The notes below the pieces were generated by a model. That model was not told where the DNA came from and did not search any database. It saw only the letters and a program-made list of their open reading frames with translations. Below are positions 50,825 to 60,733 of a stretch of 64,000 bases of DNA, in pieces. The stretch comes from an uncultured Gemmatimonadales bacterium (GTDB lineage: Bacteria; Gemmatimonadota; Gemmatimonadetes; Longimicrobiales; RSA9): contig OY970192.1 of the NCBI GenBank assembly GCA_963708135.1, positions 2,720,001 to 2,784,000 on the forward strand, written 5' to 3'. Position 1 is the first letter of the stretch, and every line of letters begins with the position of its first letter. Made by a program: the position numbers and the translations under genes.

Positions 50825-52132
50825 TCATCGGTCCCCGCGCAGCGAGCCGAAGCCGCGCACCTCCGGGAAGAGCCAGGCGATGCCGAGCACGACGAGGATG
50901 CTGCCGATGCCGCCGGCCACGACGGAGACGACGGGTCCGAAGAGCGCGGCCGTGGCGCCGGACTCGAAGCCGCCCATCTCGTTGGAGGTCCCGATGAAGA
51001 GGGAGTTGATGGCGGCGACGCGGCCGCGCAGGTCATCGGGCGTGAGCACCTGGAGGAGGGTACTCCGGATCACGACGCTGATCATGTCGAAGCCGCCGAC
51101 GGCGGCGAGGCAGAAGAGGGAGAGGGCAAAGGAGCGCGAGAGGCCGAACGCGATCGTCGCCACGCCGAATCCGGAGACCGCCCAGAGCAGCGAGCGGCCG
51201 GCGCGCCCGAGCGGCGGGCGGTGCGCGAGCAGCAGCGCGACGACGAGCGCGCCGACGGAGGGCGCGGCGAGCAGCCAGCCGAGGCCGGTGGGGCCGACGC
51301 GGAGGATGTCCTTGGCGAAGATCGGCAGCAGCATCACCGCGCCGCCGAGCAGCACGGCGAACATGTCGAGGGTGATGATGCCGAAAAGGACGCGGGTCGA
51401 GCGCACGAAGCGCACGCCCGCGATGACCGTCTCGAGCGCGCCGGCGTGGGGGCGCGGCGTGTACGGGCGCGGCTTCACCGGGAAGATCAGCAGCGCGAAG
51501 AGCGCGGCGGCCAGGGCGTCGAGCAGGTAGGCCGGCGCGGCGGCGTGGAACACGGCGATCACGGCGCCGCCGGCGGCGGGCCCGAGGATCGCCGCGAGCT
51601 GGAACAGGCTGCTCCGCCAGGTGGCGCCGTTCGCCAGCAGGTGCACGGGCAGGAGCTGCGGGCCGAGCGAGTCCTTGGCCGGGGAGTGGAACGCGCGGCC
51701 GATGCCGTTCAGCACGAGGAAGGCGTAGAAGAGCGCGATGGAGGCGCGGGCGTGGCTCACGGCGGCCAGCCCGAGCGAGCTCGCGATCATGACCGCCTGC
51801 GCGAAGATCAGCACCTTGCGCCGGGTGAAGCGGTCGGCCACGTGGCCCGCGGGCAGCGTGAGCAGGAAGATCGGCAGCACCTGCGCGAGCCCCACGCCGC
51901 CGAGCGCCAGCGCGGAGCCGGTGCGGTCGTAGAGGTCCCAGCCGACCGCCACGGTCTGCATCTGCACGCCCAGGCTGGCGACGAAGTTGCCGATCACGAA
52001 GCGGCGGAAGTCCGGGAAGCGGAGCGCGGCGTAGGGGTCCTCTCCCTGCTGCGGCTCGGGCGCACGACGCGCTGCCGGGGCGGGCGCGCGATCCGCGGCC
52101 GGCGGCGCCGATCTGTCGTCGGGTCCGTCCAT
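50825..52132 (-). CDS. MFS transporter (EntS/DHA3-like)
   Basis: AGHVADRFTRR motif A, LDMFAVLLGG and TPDDLRGRV. Confidence 0.9.
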   Translation of the reverse strand: MDGPDDRSAPPAADRAPAPAARRAPEPQQGEDPYAALRFPDFRRFVIGNFVASLGVQMQTVAVGWDLYDRTGSALALGGVGLAQVLPIFLLTLPAGHVADRFTRRKVLIFAQAVMIASSLGLAAVSHARASIALFYAFLVLNGIGRAFHSPAKDSLGPQLLPVHLLANGATWRSSLFQLAAILGPAAGGAVIAVFHAAAPAYLLDALAAALFALLIFPVKPRPYTPRPHAGALETVIAGVRFVRSTRVLFGIITLDMFAVLLGGAVMLLPIFAKDILRVGPTGLGWLLAAPSVGALVVALLLAHRPPLGRAGRSLLWAVSGFGVATIAFGLSRSFALSLFCLAAVGGFDMISVVIRSTLLQVLTPDDLRGRVAAINSLFIGTSNEMGGFESGATAALFGPVVSVVAGGIGSILVVLGIAWLFPEVRGFGSLRGDR

Positions 52133-52306
52133 CGGTCTCCGGCAGGTGAGGCGGCCCGCGCGCCGGTCGCGCGGCGCCCAAGGATGGGCACGCGTGCGCG
52201 GCGGGGGCAAGGTGCTGTCGCGGAGCGCATCGCCTTTACAGGTGACGCGGCGAGAGCGTAACGTTGCCTCATACCCCTTCCCCCGGCACGAGCGTACGAG
52301 GCGTCC

Positions 52307-53869
52307 TTGTCCACAGATCGGCCCGACCCCGCGTCCGAGCGGACCGCGTCGGAACGCGACGAGGCGTCGTCCATCGGCGACCGGTACCGCGAGATCTACG
52401 AGGGCGTCGCGCTCCCGGTGCTGATGATCGACGCGGAGTCATGGCGCATCGTCGCGGTGAACGATGCGGCGGTGGCACAGTACGGCTACACGCGCGAGGA
52501 GTTCATCGGCATGTCGGTGCTCGACGTGCGGCCGCCGGACGGCCGGTCGGAGGCGCGCAGGATCCTGTCGGAGATGCCGCACGGCTTCTGGAAGGCGACG
52601 GCCGTGCGGCACCGGCGCAAGGACGGCTCGATCTTCCGCGTGGACGTCTGGTCGAGGGACACGATCGTGGACGGCCGGCCGGTGCGCATCTGCACGATCA
52701 GCGACGTCACCGAGCGCGTGCAGTTGCAGCAGGAGCTCCAGCAGGCGCAGAAGATGGAGGCGGTCGGCCGCCTGGCCGGCGGGATCGCGCACGACTTCAA
52801 CAACGCGCTGACCGCGATCATCGGCGGGGCCGAGCTGCTGACGGAGTACATCGGCGACGTGCACGGCGCCTCGGCCGAGATCGCCGCGATCCAGCGGGCG
52901 GCGGAGCGCGCCGCCTCGCTGATCCGGCAGCTCCTCGCCTTCAGCCGGCAGCAGGTGCTGCGCGTCGAGGTGCTGCCGCTGAACAATGTGGTGGAGCGGA
53001 CGGCGGCGCTGCTCCGGCCGACCCTCGGCGAGCAGATCGAGATCCTCACCTGGCTCGCCCCGGACACGGGCGCCGTGCGCGTGGACCCGGGGCAGCTCGA
53101 GCAGGTGCTGCTGAACCTGGCGGTCAACGCGCGCGACGCCATGCCCGGCGGCGGGACGCTGGCCATGTCCACGCGTCGCGTGGCGTTCGCCGCCGACACC
53201 AGCGTGGCGGGGGTCACCATCCCGGCCGGGGACTACGCCGAGACCATCGTGCGCGACACCGGCATCGGCATGGATGACATTACGCGGCTCCGCATCTTCG
53301 AGCCGTTCTTCACCACCAAGCCGCCGCCCGAGGGCACCGGGCTCGGCCTCTCGATGGCCTACGGCATCATCCGGCAGAGCGACGGCTTCATCGCGGTGGA
53401 GTCCGCGCCAGGGGTGGGCAGCACGTTCAGGATCCTCCTGCCGCACGCCGACCGGCCCCGGCCAATGCCGGCTGCGCCCCCCTCGGCACCGGGCAGCTCC
53501 GCGGCCACCACCGTTCTCGTGGTCGAGGACGAGGACGGCGTGCGCCGCGTCACGCGCCGGGTGCTCGAGAGGCTCGGCTACACCGTGCTCGAGGCCGCCG
53601 ACGGCGAGGCGGCGCTGGAGCTGGTGGAGCGCGAGCGGCCCTCGATCTCGCTCCTCGTGACCGACCAGATCATGCCCCGCATAGGTGGGCGCGAGCTCGC
53701 CACTCGCCTGCTGGCGGCCTACCCCGAGCTGCGCGTGCTCATAGTTTCGGGCTACGCGGACGAGACCGCCGCGCTCGGCATGCTCGCCCACGGCATGGCC
53801 TTCCTGCCGAAGCCGTTCTCGATCGAGTCGCTGGGAGAGGCCGTGCGCCGGCTGCTCGCCGACGCCTGA
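52307..53869 (+). CDS. PAS hybrid sensor histidine kinase/response regulator (CckA-like)
   Basis: PAS domain, GGIAHDFNN, NARDAM, FEPFFTTK, GTGLGL and C-terminal receiver. Confidence 0.93.
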   Translation: MSTDRPDPASERTASERDEASSIGDRYREIYEGVALPVLMIDAESWRIVAVNDAAVAQYGYTREEFIGMSVLDVRPPDGRSEARRILSEMPHGFWKATAVRHRRKDGSIFRVDVWSRDTIVDGRPVRICTISDVTERVQLQQELQQAQKMEAVGRLAGGIAHDFNNALTAIIGGAELLTEYIGDVHGASAEIAAIQRAAERAASLIRQLLAFSRQQVLRVEVLPLNNVVERTAALLRPTLGEQIEILTWLAPDTGAVRVDPGQLEQVLLNLAVNARDAMPGGGTLAMSTRRVAFAADTSVAGVTIPAGDYAETIVRDTGIGMDDITRLRIFEPFFTTKPPPEGTGLGLSMAYGIIRQSDGFIAVESAPGVGSTFRILLPHADRPRPMPAAPPSAPGSSAATTVLVVEDEDGVRRVTRRVLERLGYTVLEAADGEAALELVERERPSISLLVTDQIMPRIGGRELATRLLAAYPELRVLIVSGYADETAALGMLAHGMAFLPKPFSIESLGEAVRRLLADA

Positions 53870-53992
53870 GCGCGCAACGGCGCGCGCGGCACCGGGATCG
53901 GCGGCGTGTCGTCTCTCGGGCATACGGTGTGGGAGCAAATCCTGGAACGCTGAGGCGGAGCCCACGGCCGCGGGCGGGCGGGCCGCCCGGCG

Positions 53993-54313
53993 CTACGAGG
54001 CGGTCCCCGCCACCGCGAGCAGGAGCGCCAGCGCGAGCACGACCAGCCCGAGACAGCCGAGCGTGAGGTAGAGCGCCACCGGCCAGCCGAGCGTCCAACC
54101 CCAGATCCCGCAGGCGACGAGGCCGAAGCCCGCCGCCCAGCGAAGCCCGCCCGCCACGCCGTCGGCGGAGCTCACGCCGCCGAAGCGCTCGCCGTGCGCC
54201 CGCCACCGGAGACGGGCGTGCGCCAGCGCGAGCGCCGCGCAGAAGAAGGCGCCCGCGGCGGAGAGCACGCGGATCCACATCCCGGGTTCGGCCACATCGA
54301 AGACGCCGACCAT
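53993..54313 (-). CDS. Small hypothetical membrane protein
   Basis: Three hydrophobic segments at the end of a run-on ORF; start uncertain (54313 or 54280). Confidence 0.4.
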   Translation of the reverse strand: MVGVFDVAEPGMWIRVLSAAGAFFCAALALAHARLRWRAHGERFGGVSSADGVAGGLRWAAGFGLVACGIWGWTLGWPVALYLTLGCLGLVVLALALLLAVAGTAS

Positions 54314-54418
54314 GCGGGCGTCGACGGGCAAGGCGCGCGCCGCCGCGAGGATGGTTTGTCTCTTGCGCCTGTTTTTCCGCGAATCGAGCGGGAAGGGGCC
54401 GCGGTGCGGGAGGCAGAC

Positions 54419-55054
54419 ATGCGCGAGGTGCGGGACGGCGACGTCGCATGGGATGTCACGGCGGAGTGGGCCTACAACCCTTCGGCATGGCGGGAGCGGA
54501 TCCCGGAGGCGCTGCTGGCGCTCCTCGCGCTCGGCGTCGGGCTCTACCTGGGCGGCTATCAGGTCCATTTCTGGGACACCGTGTGGGACCCGTTCTTCGG
54601 AGGCGGCACGGCGGCGGTGCTGGAGTCGGACCTCTCGCATCTTTTCCCGGTCCCGGACGCGCTGCTCGGCGCGGGCGGGTACCTGCTCGACCTGGTGCTG
54701 GTGCTGGCCGGCGGCAGGGAGAGGCACCGCACGGCGCCGTGGATCGTCCTGCTCTACGGGCTCGCCACGGTGTCGGTGGCCGCCAGCGGCATCGCGCTCA
54801 CGGTCTCGCAGGGCGCGATCGTGGGCAGCTGGTGCTTCCTCTGCCTGGTGACGACCGGCATCTCGCTCACCCTGCTCTACCTCTCCTGGGACGAGGTCTG
54901 GCTGGCCGCGCTGGTGGTCTGGCGGCGCTGGTCGGCGGGCGTTCCGCTGCGGCGGGCGCTCCTCCCCCGGCCCGGCCCCCGCCCGAGCCCCCCGCCCTTC
55001 CCCTCCCGACGCGGGGACGCGGGGCCACACCACGAGGGTGATCGCGCGCCGTGA
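54419..55054 (+). CDS. Vitamin K epoxide reductase (VKOR) family protein
   Basis: YNPSAW, VWDPFFG, PDALLG and WCFLC CxxC; GGAGG RBS. Confidence 0.8.
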   Translation: MREVRDGDVAWDVTAEWAYNPSAWRERIPEALLALLALGVGLYLGGYQVHFWDTVWDPFFGGGTAAVLESDLSHLFPVPDALLGAGGYLLDLVLVLAGGRERHRTAPWIVLLYGLATVSVAASGIALTVSQGAIVGSWCFLCLVTTGISLTLLYLSWDEVWLAALVVWRRWSAGVPLRRALLPRPGPRPSPPPFPSRRGDAGPHHEGDRAP

Positions 55055-55191
55055 CCGCTCGGCAAAGTCGCGGTCCACTGGCGCCCGCGGCCGCCCGGAA
55101 GGTTCCGGGCGCGATCGCCGCATCGGTGTGGCCCCGCGTCCCCGCGTCGTGCGGCGGGGCGGGGGCGGGCGTCCGGGGAAGGGGGCCGCCG

Positions 55192-56566
55192 TCAACGGCC
55201 GGGCGGGGGTGACGCCCGCCGGCGCCGCACCATCTCCCGCGCCCGAGATGCACGCGGCCACCCACACGATGCCCGCGGCGTAGCCGCCGACCACGTCGCT
55301 GAAGTAATGGACGCCGAGATAGAGGCGGCTCGCTCCGATGCCGAGGATGAGGAGCGCGGCGGCGCCGATGATCGCGGCCCGGCCAGCGCCGGAGCGGACA
55401 CGGTGGAACAGGAAGTAGGCGATCATGCTGAAGGCGATGAGCGAGCCCATGGCGTGGCCGCTCGGGAAGCTCCAGCTCGGCACGACGGCGAAGGGGTCGG
55501 TGAAGACGGGCCTCGGCCTGCGCACGATGTCCTTCAGCCCGAGGTTGAGCAGTCCGCCCCCGAAGACGGCGGCGACCCATACCTGCGCGAACAGGCGCCG
55601 CCGGGCGAGGACGAAGGCGGCCGCGAGCACCACCGCCAGCACCAGCATGGACGGGAAGGAGCCGATGTCCGAGAGGAGCCGGCTCACGGCGAGGCCCGCG
55701 GGGCTGGCGGACGCGTGCAGCCGCTGGTCGAGCGCGATGTCGAAGCGGGTCAGCGGGTCGCCTTCCACCACGTCCTCGAGGATCCCGCCGAAGAGCCAGA
55801 GCGCTCCGAGGCTCACGACCATGCCGATGGTCAGGTGCAGCCCGAGATACGCGCCCGGCGTCAGCCGCCGCACGATGAACTGGAGCGCACCCGGGTAGCG
55901 CTGCGCCAGGCGACGCGCGGTGGCCGAGCCCGCCAGCCGCTGCCACCATCCCTCGACCGTACGCCAGATCGTCTCGCGCGCGTTCCAGCTGGCGCGCGCG
56001 ACCATGACGAGCGCGACCCCGAGCGTGGCGAGCAGCGCCACCGTCAGCATCGCCGCCGCCGTGCCTCGCTCGACGCGCGGCAGCGTGCGGCCGAAGCCGT
56101 AGCCGAGCCCCGAGAACACGCCCGCCCAGACCACGGCGCCGAGGGCGTTGTAGGCCATGAAGCGCCTGAACGGCATGTGTGCCACCCCCGCCATCAGCCC
56201 GACGTACGAGCGCAGGACGGCGACGAAGCGGCAGCCAACGATCGCGGCGGGGCCGTAGCGGTCAAAGAAGGCGCGCGTCCGCGGCAGGACTTCGGTGCCG
56301 AGGCGCAGGCGGGCCCCGAACCGGCGCACGAACGGCTCGCCCCCGCGCAGCCCGATCCAGTAGCCGATCGCGCTGCCCAGCGCACCGCCGAGGACGGCGG
56401 CCGCGACCACCCAGCCGATCTCCAGCCGCCCCGCCGCGGAGAACGCCGCGCCGGACACGAGCACCGTCTCCGCGGGGAGCGGCACGCCAATGCCCTCGAC
56501 GAGCGCCACCAGAAAGATGATGGCCGCGCCATAGACACGAACGCCGTGAAGGAGCGTCTCCAGCAT
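55192..56566 (-). CDS. Bifunctional DedA / PAP2 phosphatase family protein, frameshifted near 55237
   Basis: DedA GVPLPAE..RF..LR; PAP2 K..RPRP, SFPSGH and SRLYLGVHYFSDV; removing one C at 55236-55238 gives CISGAEMVRRRR.. ending at 55192. Confidence 0.85.
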
Positions 56567-56695
56567 GTCCCGGAATGGAGGTCGTGTGTCCCGCGCCGGC
56601 CGGTGGACCGGTGCGCCGGCGGCCGCGTCCCGCGACGGCGCACGCAATCGTCGCGCCGGGCACTGGTCTTGCCCTTCCACCTCTCCGCCCGGCCG

Positions 56696-56830
56696 GAGTG
56701 GGCGAGTGGGAGAGTGGGAGACGGGGCAGCTGCCGGGCGAACCGCGCAGCGCCGGGCCCGAGAGACGTTCGCGGGCTGCGCCGGCTCCGAGCGGGGGGCC
56801 AGCGCGCGGGCTCCACCCACCCGCTCCCGC
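56696..56830. repeat. Octamer REP-like element (GAGTGGGN run)
   Basis: gagtgggcgagtgggagagtgggag at about 56697-56721. Confidence 0.55.
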
Positions 56831-56868
56831 CGTCCAAGCCTGGCCGTGACAGCCGCGAGAGGAGAGAG

Positions 56869-57252
56869 ATGGACGATCGCTCGAGGAAGACGCTGTGGAT
56901 GCTGGCGGGCGCGGGCGCGGCCGCGGGCGCCGCGATCGCGACGCGGAAGGCGATCGGCGCCGGCTGGCGCGCGGCCACGGGCGAGGATGCGCCGAGAAAC
57001 CCGGTCGCGTCGGACGTGGACTGGCCCGCCGCCCTGCTCTGGGGCGCCGTCGTCGGCGCCGCCGCGGGCCTGGCGCGCGTGGCCGCCCGCCGCGGCGCCG
57101 CGCTGGCCTGGCACCGGGCGACGGGGGACAAGCCGCCTCCTATACCGACCCGTTTGGGCTGTGCCCGCCCCAGGACATTGAGCAAGGTCCGCAATGCAAT
57201 CGCGTCCACTTTTTGGGCCTTGGCGGCACTCTGGTCGTGGGCGGCGGAGTAA
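56869..57252 (+). CDS. DUF4235 family membrane protein; 3' end runs into foreign DNA
   Basis: GWRAATGEDAPRNP..WPAALLWGAVVG; AGGAG RBS; sequence composition changes after about 57137. Confidence 0.7.
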   Translation: MDDRSRKTLWMLAGAGAAAGAAIATRKAIGAGWRAATGEDAPRNPVASDVDWPAALLWGAVVGAAAGLARVAARRGAALAWHRATGDKPPPIPTRLGCARPRTLSKVRNAIASTFWALAALWSWAAE

Positions 57253-57283
57253 CCGGGGCCGTTGGCCTGGTTCCATATACACC
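57138..57283 (+). pseudogene. Orphan RHS C-terminal fragment
   Basis: SYTDPFGLCPP (RHS DPxGL junction motif) followed by a lower-GC Gly-rich segment, cut by the IS end. Confidence 0.65.
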
Positions 57284-57498
57284 TGTAAAGGGACCCCCAA
57301 ATCTACGCAGTTGGGCGACACCCAGATTTGCGCACGCGGCCGAGCGGGTTAGCTGACGGCGGCACCTCCTTTCCTGGCGTGAGTGGAGCCGGGCTTGAGG
57401 AGCCCGTCGAGTTCACGCAGCCGGTAGCTGCGCCCGTCGATATGGGACGATGTGGATGTGGTGGAGCAGCCGGTCGACGATCGCGGTGGTGAGGATCC
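57284..57498 (-). mobile_element. istB: IS21-family remnant: istB 3' end and right terminal region
   Basis: [27 protein letters not shown] (frameshift near 57445); terminus TGT at 57284 with two related 20-mers at 57290-57309 and 57315-57334. Confidence 0.8.
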
Positions 57499-57499
57499 C

Positions 57500-57776
57500 A
57501 TGGCCCACGGAGTGGCGGCGCTTCCGCGAGGAGGAGCGCCGCATGTGGGAGGCGTCGAATCCGGGCGCGTGGGAGGAGCACGACCCGATGCTGGAGAGCC
57601 CCGCCGCGGAGATGCGCCGCTGGGAGCTGTGGCGCCGCGCCCGCCGCCGCGCGCGGCGGGCCGCCGAGCTGGCCGAGCAGTCGGCGGACGTCTACGGCGA
57701 GGATTACTTCCGCCGCGTCCCCGGCGTGCGGCGCCGGCTGGCGGGGCGGAGGCGGGGAGGGTGGAGAGGGCACTGA
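57500..57776 (+). other. Possible truncated hypothetical ORF (Trp/Arg/Glu-rich)
   Basis: [28 protein letters not shown].. reads as protein-like; no clear start. Confidence 0.35.
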
Positions 57777-57880
57777 GCGGAGCGAGAGGGGCGCCCGGCC
57801 CGGTGTCCCCGATCCTTCGCGGCGCGGGCCTGCGTCGTCCGGGGTAGTGCCGCCGGCGTATACACGAGTGTATTCGCATG

Positions 57881-57963
57881 GACTCCTGACAGACTCCTGA
57901 CAGACTCCTGACAGACTCCTGACAGACTCCTGACAGACTCCTGACAGACTCCTGACAGACTCC
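57881..57963. repeat. Perfect 11-bp tandem repeat (GACTCCTGACA) x7.5
   Basis: Units at 57881, 57892, 57903, 57914, 57925, 57936, 57947 and a partial unit at 57958. Confidence 0.97.
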
Positions 57964-58172
57964 CGGTTGCTACTCCGATCCAGTCGGCCACACTCTACAA
58001 CTCGCCGCCATCTGGATCCGAAGCAGACCAGATCCCCTCAACGCGGCGCCGGACCGGATCTGGTCCACTCCCCCGGGCTGGGACGGTCCTTCACCGACCG
58101 CGAAGAGGCGGGCGGATCGCGCTCGATCCGTGAGCGCGGACGCACGCTTCTCCGCTCCGCGGGTGGAGATCG

Positions 58173-59018
58173 TTGCGCAGCACCGGCCACTGGCGTCCTC
58201 TCAAGCTCCTCGCCCTTCTGGGCGCAACGGGCAGTGCGTCCGGCGAACTGGACGAAGCCGTCCGTCCGCGGGCGGAGATCGTGCTCGCGGCGGGGTGGAG
58301 CGAAGTGGTGGCGTCCCTTACCTCGCCTGCACCGCCGGCAGCGTTCGTGGCGGCGGGCGAGCTCATCGATGAGAACGCCCGCAACACCCTGCGAGCGCTA
58401 CACCGGCGCGGACTGCTGGTCCCCAGCGCGGTCTACCTGCGCGAGCCGAATTGGGAGCTCGTCGAGCGCGTCTACCCGCTGTACGGCTTCGGCGTGCGTC
58501 TCCTCTTCCGGAGGGCGGACCTCGGGGACCGTCTGCACGACCTGCTTGGCGGATCCGCCGAGGACGTGGCCAACCACATCGTGCGGCGCCTGGGGATCCG
58601 GGACGAGGCGGTCGTCCGCCTGCTCCGCCTCCTGTCCCGCGGAGGCGAGGGCGTCCGCGGCAGCCCGTCCGATCTCGCCGCGCGACTCGCGCTGAGCCGC
58701 ACCCGCCTGTATCAACTGCTCCGGGCCGCCGGTCTGCCCGCGGTCGAGCAATGCCAGTATTTCTTCCGGCTGCTGCCGGCCCTGTCCCTGATCTCGAAAG
58801 GCGGAAACGTGGAGGACGCGGCGTACATGGCGGGGTTCTCCGATGCCACGGCGCTGCGGAAGTCCCTGCGCTCTCGGCTCGGTACGTCGCTTTCCGATCT
58901 CAGAGCCGGACCCGCCGGCTCCCGGATCGCGGACCTCTGGCTGGAGCACCACGGCCTCAAGGGCTCAGATGCAGATTCAACCCCAGCAGGTCCTGAAGGG
59001 CGGCCTGCCTCGTGCTGA
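58173..59018 (+). CDS. AraC-type HTH transcriptional regulator
   Basis: DLAARLALSRTRLYQLL and VEDAAYMAGFSDATALRKSLRSRLG double-HTH signature; TTG start uncertain. Confidence 0.78.
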   Translation: MRSTGHWRPLKLLALLGATGSASGELDEAVRPRAEIVLAAGWSEVVASLTSPAPPAAFVAAGELIDENARNTLRALHRRGLLVPSAVYLREPNWELVERVYPLYGFGVRLLFRRADLGDRLHDLLGGSAEDVANHIVRRLGIRDEAVVRLLRLLSRGGEGVRGSPSDLAARLALSRTRLYQLLRAAGLPAVEQCQYFFRLLPALSLISKGGNVEDAAYMAGFSDATALRKSLRSRLGTSLSDLRAGPAGSRIADLWLEHHGLKGSDADSTPAGPEGRPASC

Positions 59019-60442
59019 GGACGCCGTCGACCGCGGTGCGGAAGCTGTCGTTCAGGAGCTCCGCATCGGGCGGCCTGGCGGGGTAGAGTCCCTTGAAGGA
59101 GGCGTAGGCCTGCTCGAGCTTTGCCCGGATCGGCGCCACTTCGGCGGATCTCTTGAGCGGCTCGTCGGGTGTGGGCAGGGACCGGGCGAGCAGCTCGAGG
59201 GAGCTGATCAGGAGCGCGCCGAGCCCGGCCGCGAAGCTCCGGGTCGCGGAGGACCTGGCGAGCTGGAATCCGCCCGCGAGCGTGCTCACGCCGATCACCA
59301 CGTAGTGGACGACGTCCTTCCGCCGCGTTCGCCGCTCGGCCTCCGCCCGATACGTGCCTTCGAGCGAGTCCATCCTGACCAGATCCTGTGATATGCCGCG
59401 CGTGATGAACTCGTAGCGGGTCGCCATGATCTTGACCGGGTCGGTCGGATTCGGCAGCACGCGCAGCGTCAGGGCCAGCGCGCCGGAGCCGAAGCCGTCG
59501 GATGCGGTGAGGGTGATCGGCACGGATGCGGCGTACTGTCCCGGGGGCACGAAGGTCTCGGGCGCTTCCCAGGAGAGCCGCGCGGTCCTCGGGTCGAAGC
59601 TCGCGCCCGGCGGCAGCCCCACGGCCGAATAGGGCGATCGGATCCGAGTTCGGGTCGCGCGCCGGGAACGCGCGCGTGAAGCGCACCCCCTCGTACAGAT
59701 CGACCGCCTCGGCCCGCGCGGCGAAAGCCGGCGGCAACTGCTGGTCGGTCACGAGCAGCCGGACCGTGTCCTCGGCGCTGCCGCCTCGGGTATCGCGCAC
59801 CTGGAAGCGCACGCGGAACGAGGTGCCGGGCTTCACCATCCCGGGTTCGGGCGTCCAGCGGAACGTGGCGCTGGCGGGATCGAAGCTGGACTGCGGCGGG
59901 AGGTCGGGCAGCCCGTAGGCGGCATAGGAGATCGCGTCGCCATCGGGATCTCGCGCGTTGACCCTGATCTCGACGGTGCTGCCGAACGCGACGCTGCGGT
60001 CTCCGGCCGGCGTGAGCACGGGCGGGTGCTCGGCCGGCTCGACCAGCAGCGCGTAGGCACGCGATGCCGTGCCAACGCCGGCCTGGTTCGCCGAGACGAC
60101 GATCGGATGGCCGCCCACGTCGCTCGTGGTGGGCGTCCACTGGAGAACCCCGTGCTGCCGGTCGAACTCGGCGCCGGGCGGCAGCCCCTGGATCGAGAAT
60201 TCGAGCGGCGCGGCCGGCACGGCGCCGGTCACCAGGAACTGGGCCCGGAACGGCTCGCCCACCGGGGCCGTGTTCGCGTGGATGTCGAGCAGCTCGAGCT
60301 GCGCGTGCACACGGCTCGGCGAGAACCCCAGCAGTGCCGCCGCGCCGATCAGGAGCGCCCCGGCTCGCGCGAGCCGTCCGCTGCCGTGGTTGCTCTCCGC
60401 GAGAGCGGCCATCACGCGAAACGCCCTGCGTGCGCGAGCCAT
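58957..60442 (-). CDS. Putative Ig-domain (He_PIG/cadherin-like) repeat protein with C-terminal two-TM domain, frameshifted near 59633
   Basis: Signal-like N-terminus; three GLP.GA.FD...L.W.P repeats, DPDGD; removing one G at 59632-59634 gives IAYSAVGLPPGASFDP. Confidence 0.78.
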
Positions 60443-60504
60443 CGAGACATCCTCCTCTGGAGTGGAAGCTCGGGCCTCCCCATGCTCCGGCCCGCTGGCT
60501 CTCC

Positions 60505-60665
60505 AGTGTAAGGCGGCCCCCCCGGGGCGCGAGGTTCCAACGTCCTGCGGAGAGGTTCCAACGTACACGGGTGGTGAGCCTCGCGGGCCCCGGCGGCCTG
60601 TACGTTGGAACCTCTGGTCTGGACGTTGGAACCTCGACCGCTCGTGGAAACGCGATAGATAGGAT
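60505..60665. promoter_or_regulatory. Divergent promoter region with four 13-bp boxes
   Basis: GAGGTTCCAACGT at 60531 and 60552; ACGTTGGAACCTC at 60602 and 60623; candidate -10 boxes TACACT (minus, 60510-60505) and TAGGAT (60660-60665). Confidence 0.8.
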
Positions 60666-60733
60666 GGCGCCACAGCCGGGGAAGCGGCCTGCTTCGTTCC
60701 CCCGGGCTCATCCCTCCACCAGGGAGCGCCATC

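Noticed and set aside
53993..56680. 895-aa DedA-PAP2 fusion running across VKOR
   Set aside because: Run-on caused by a probable extra base near 55237; the middle is antisense to VKOR.
60507..60523. TGTAAGGCGGCCCC as the second IS21 end
   Set aside because: Same orientation as the 57284 end, lacks its internal repeats, and is better explained as a -10 box.
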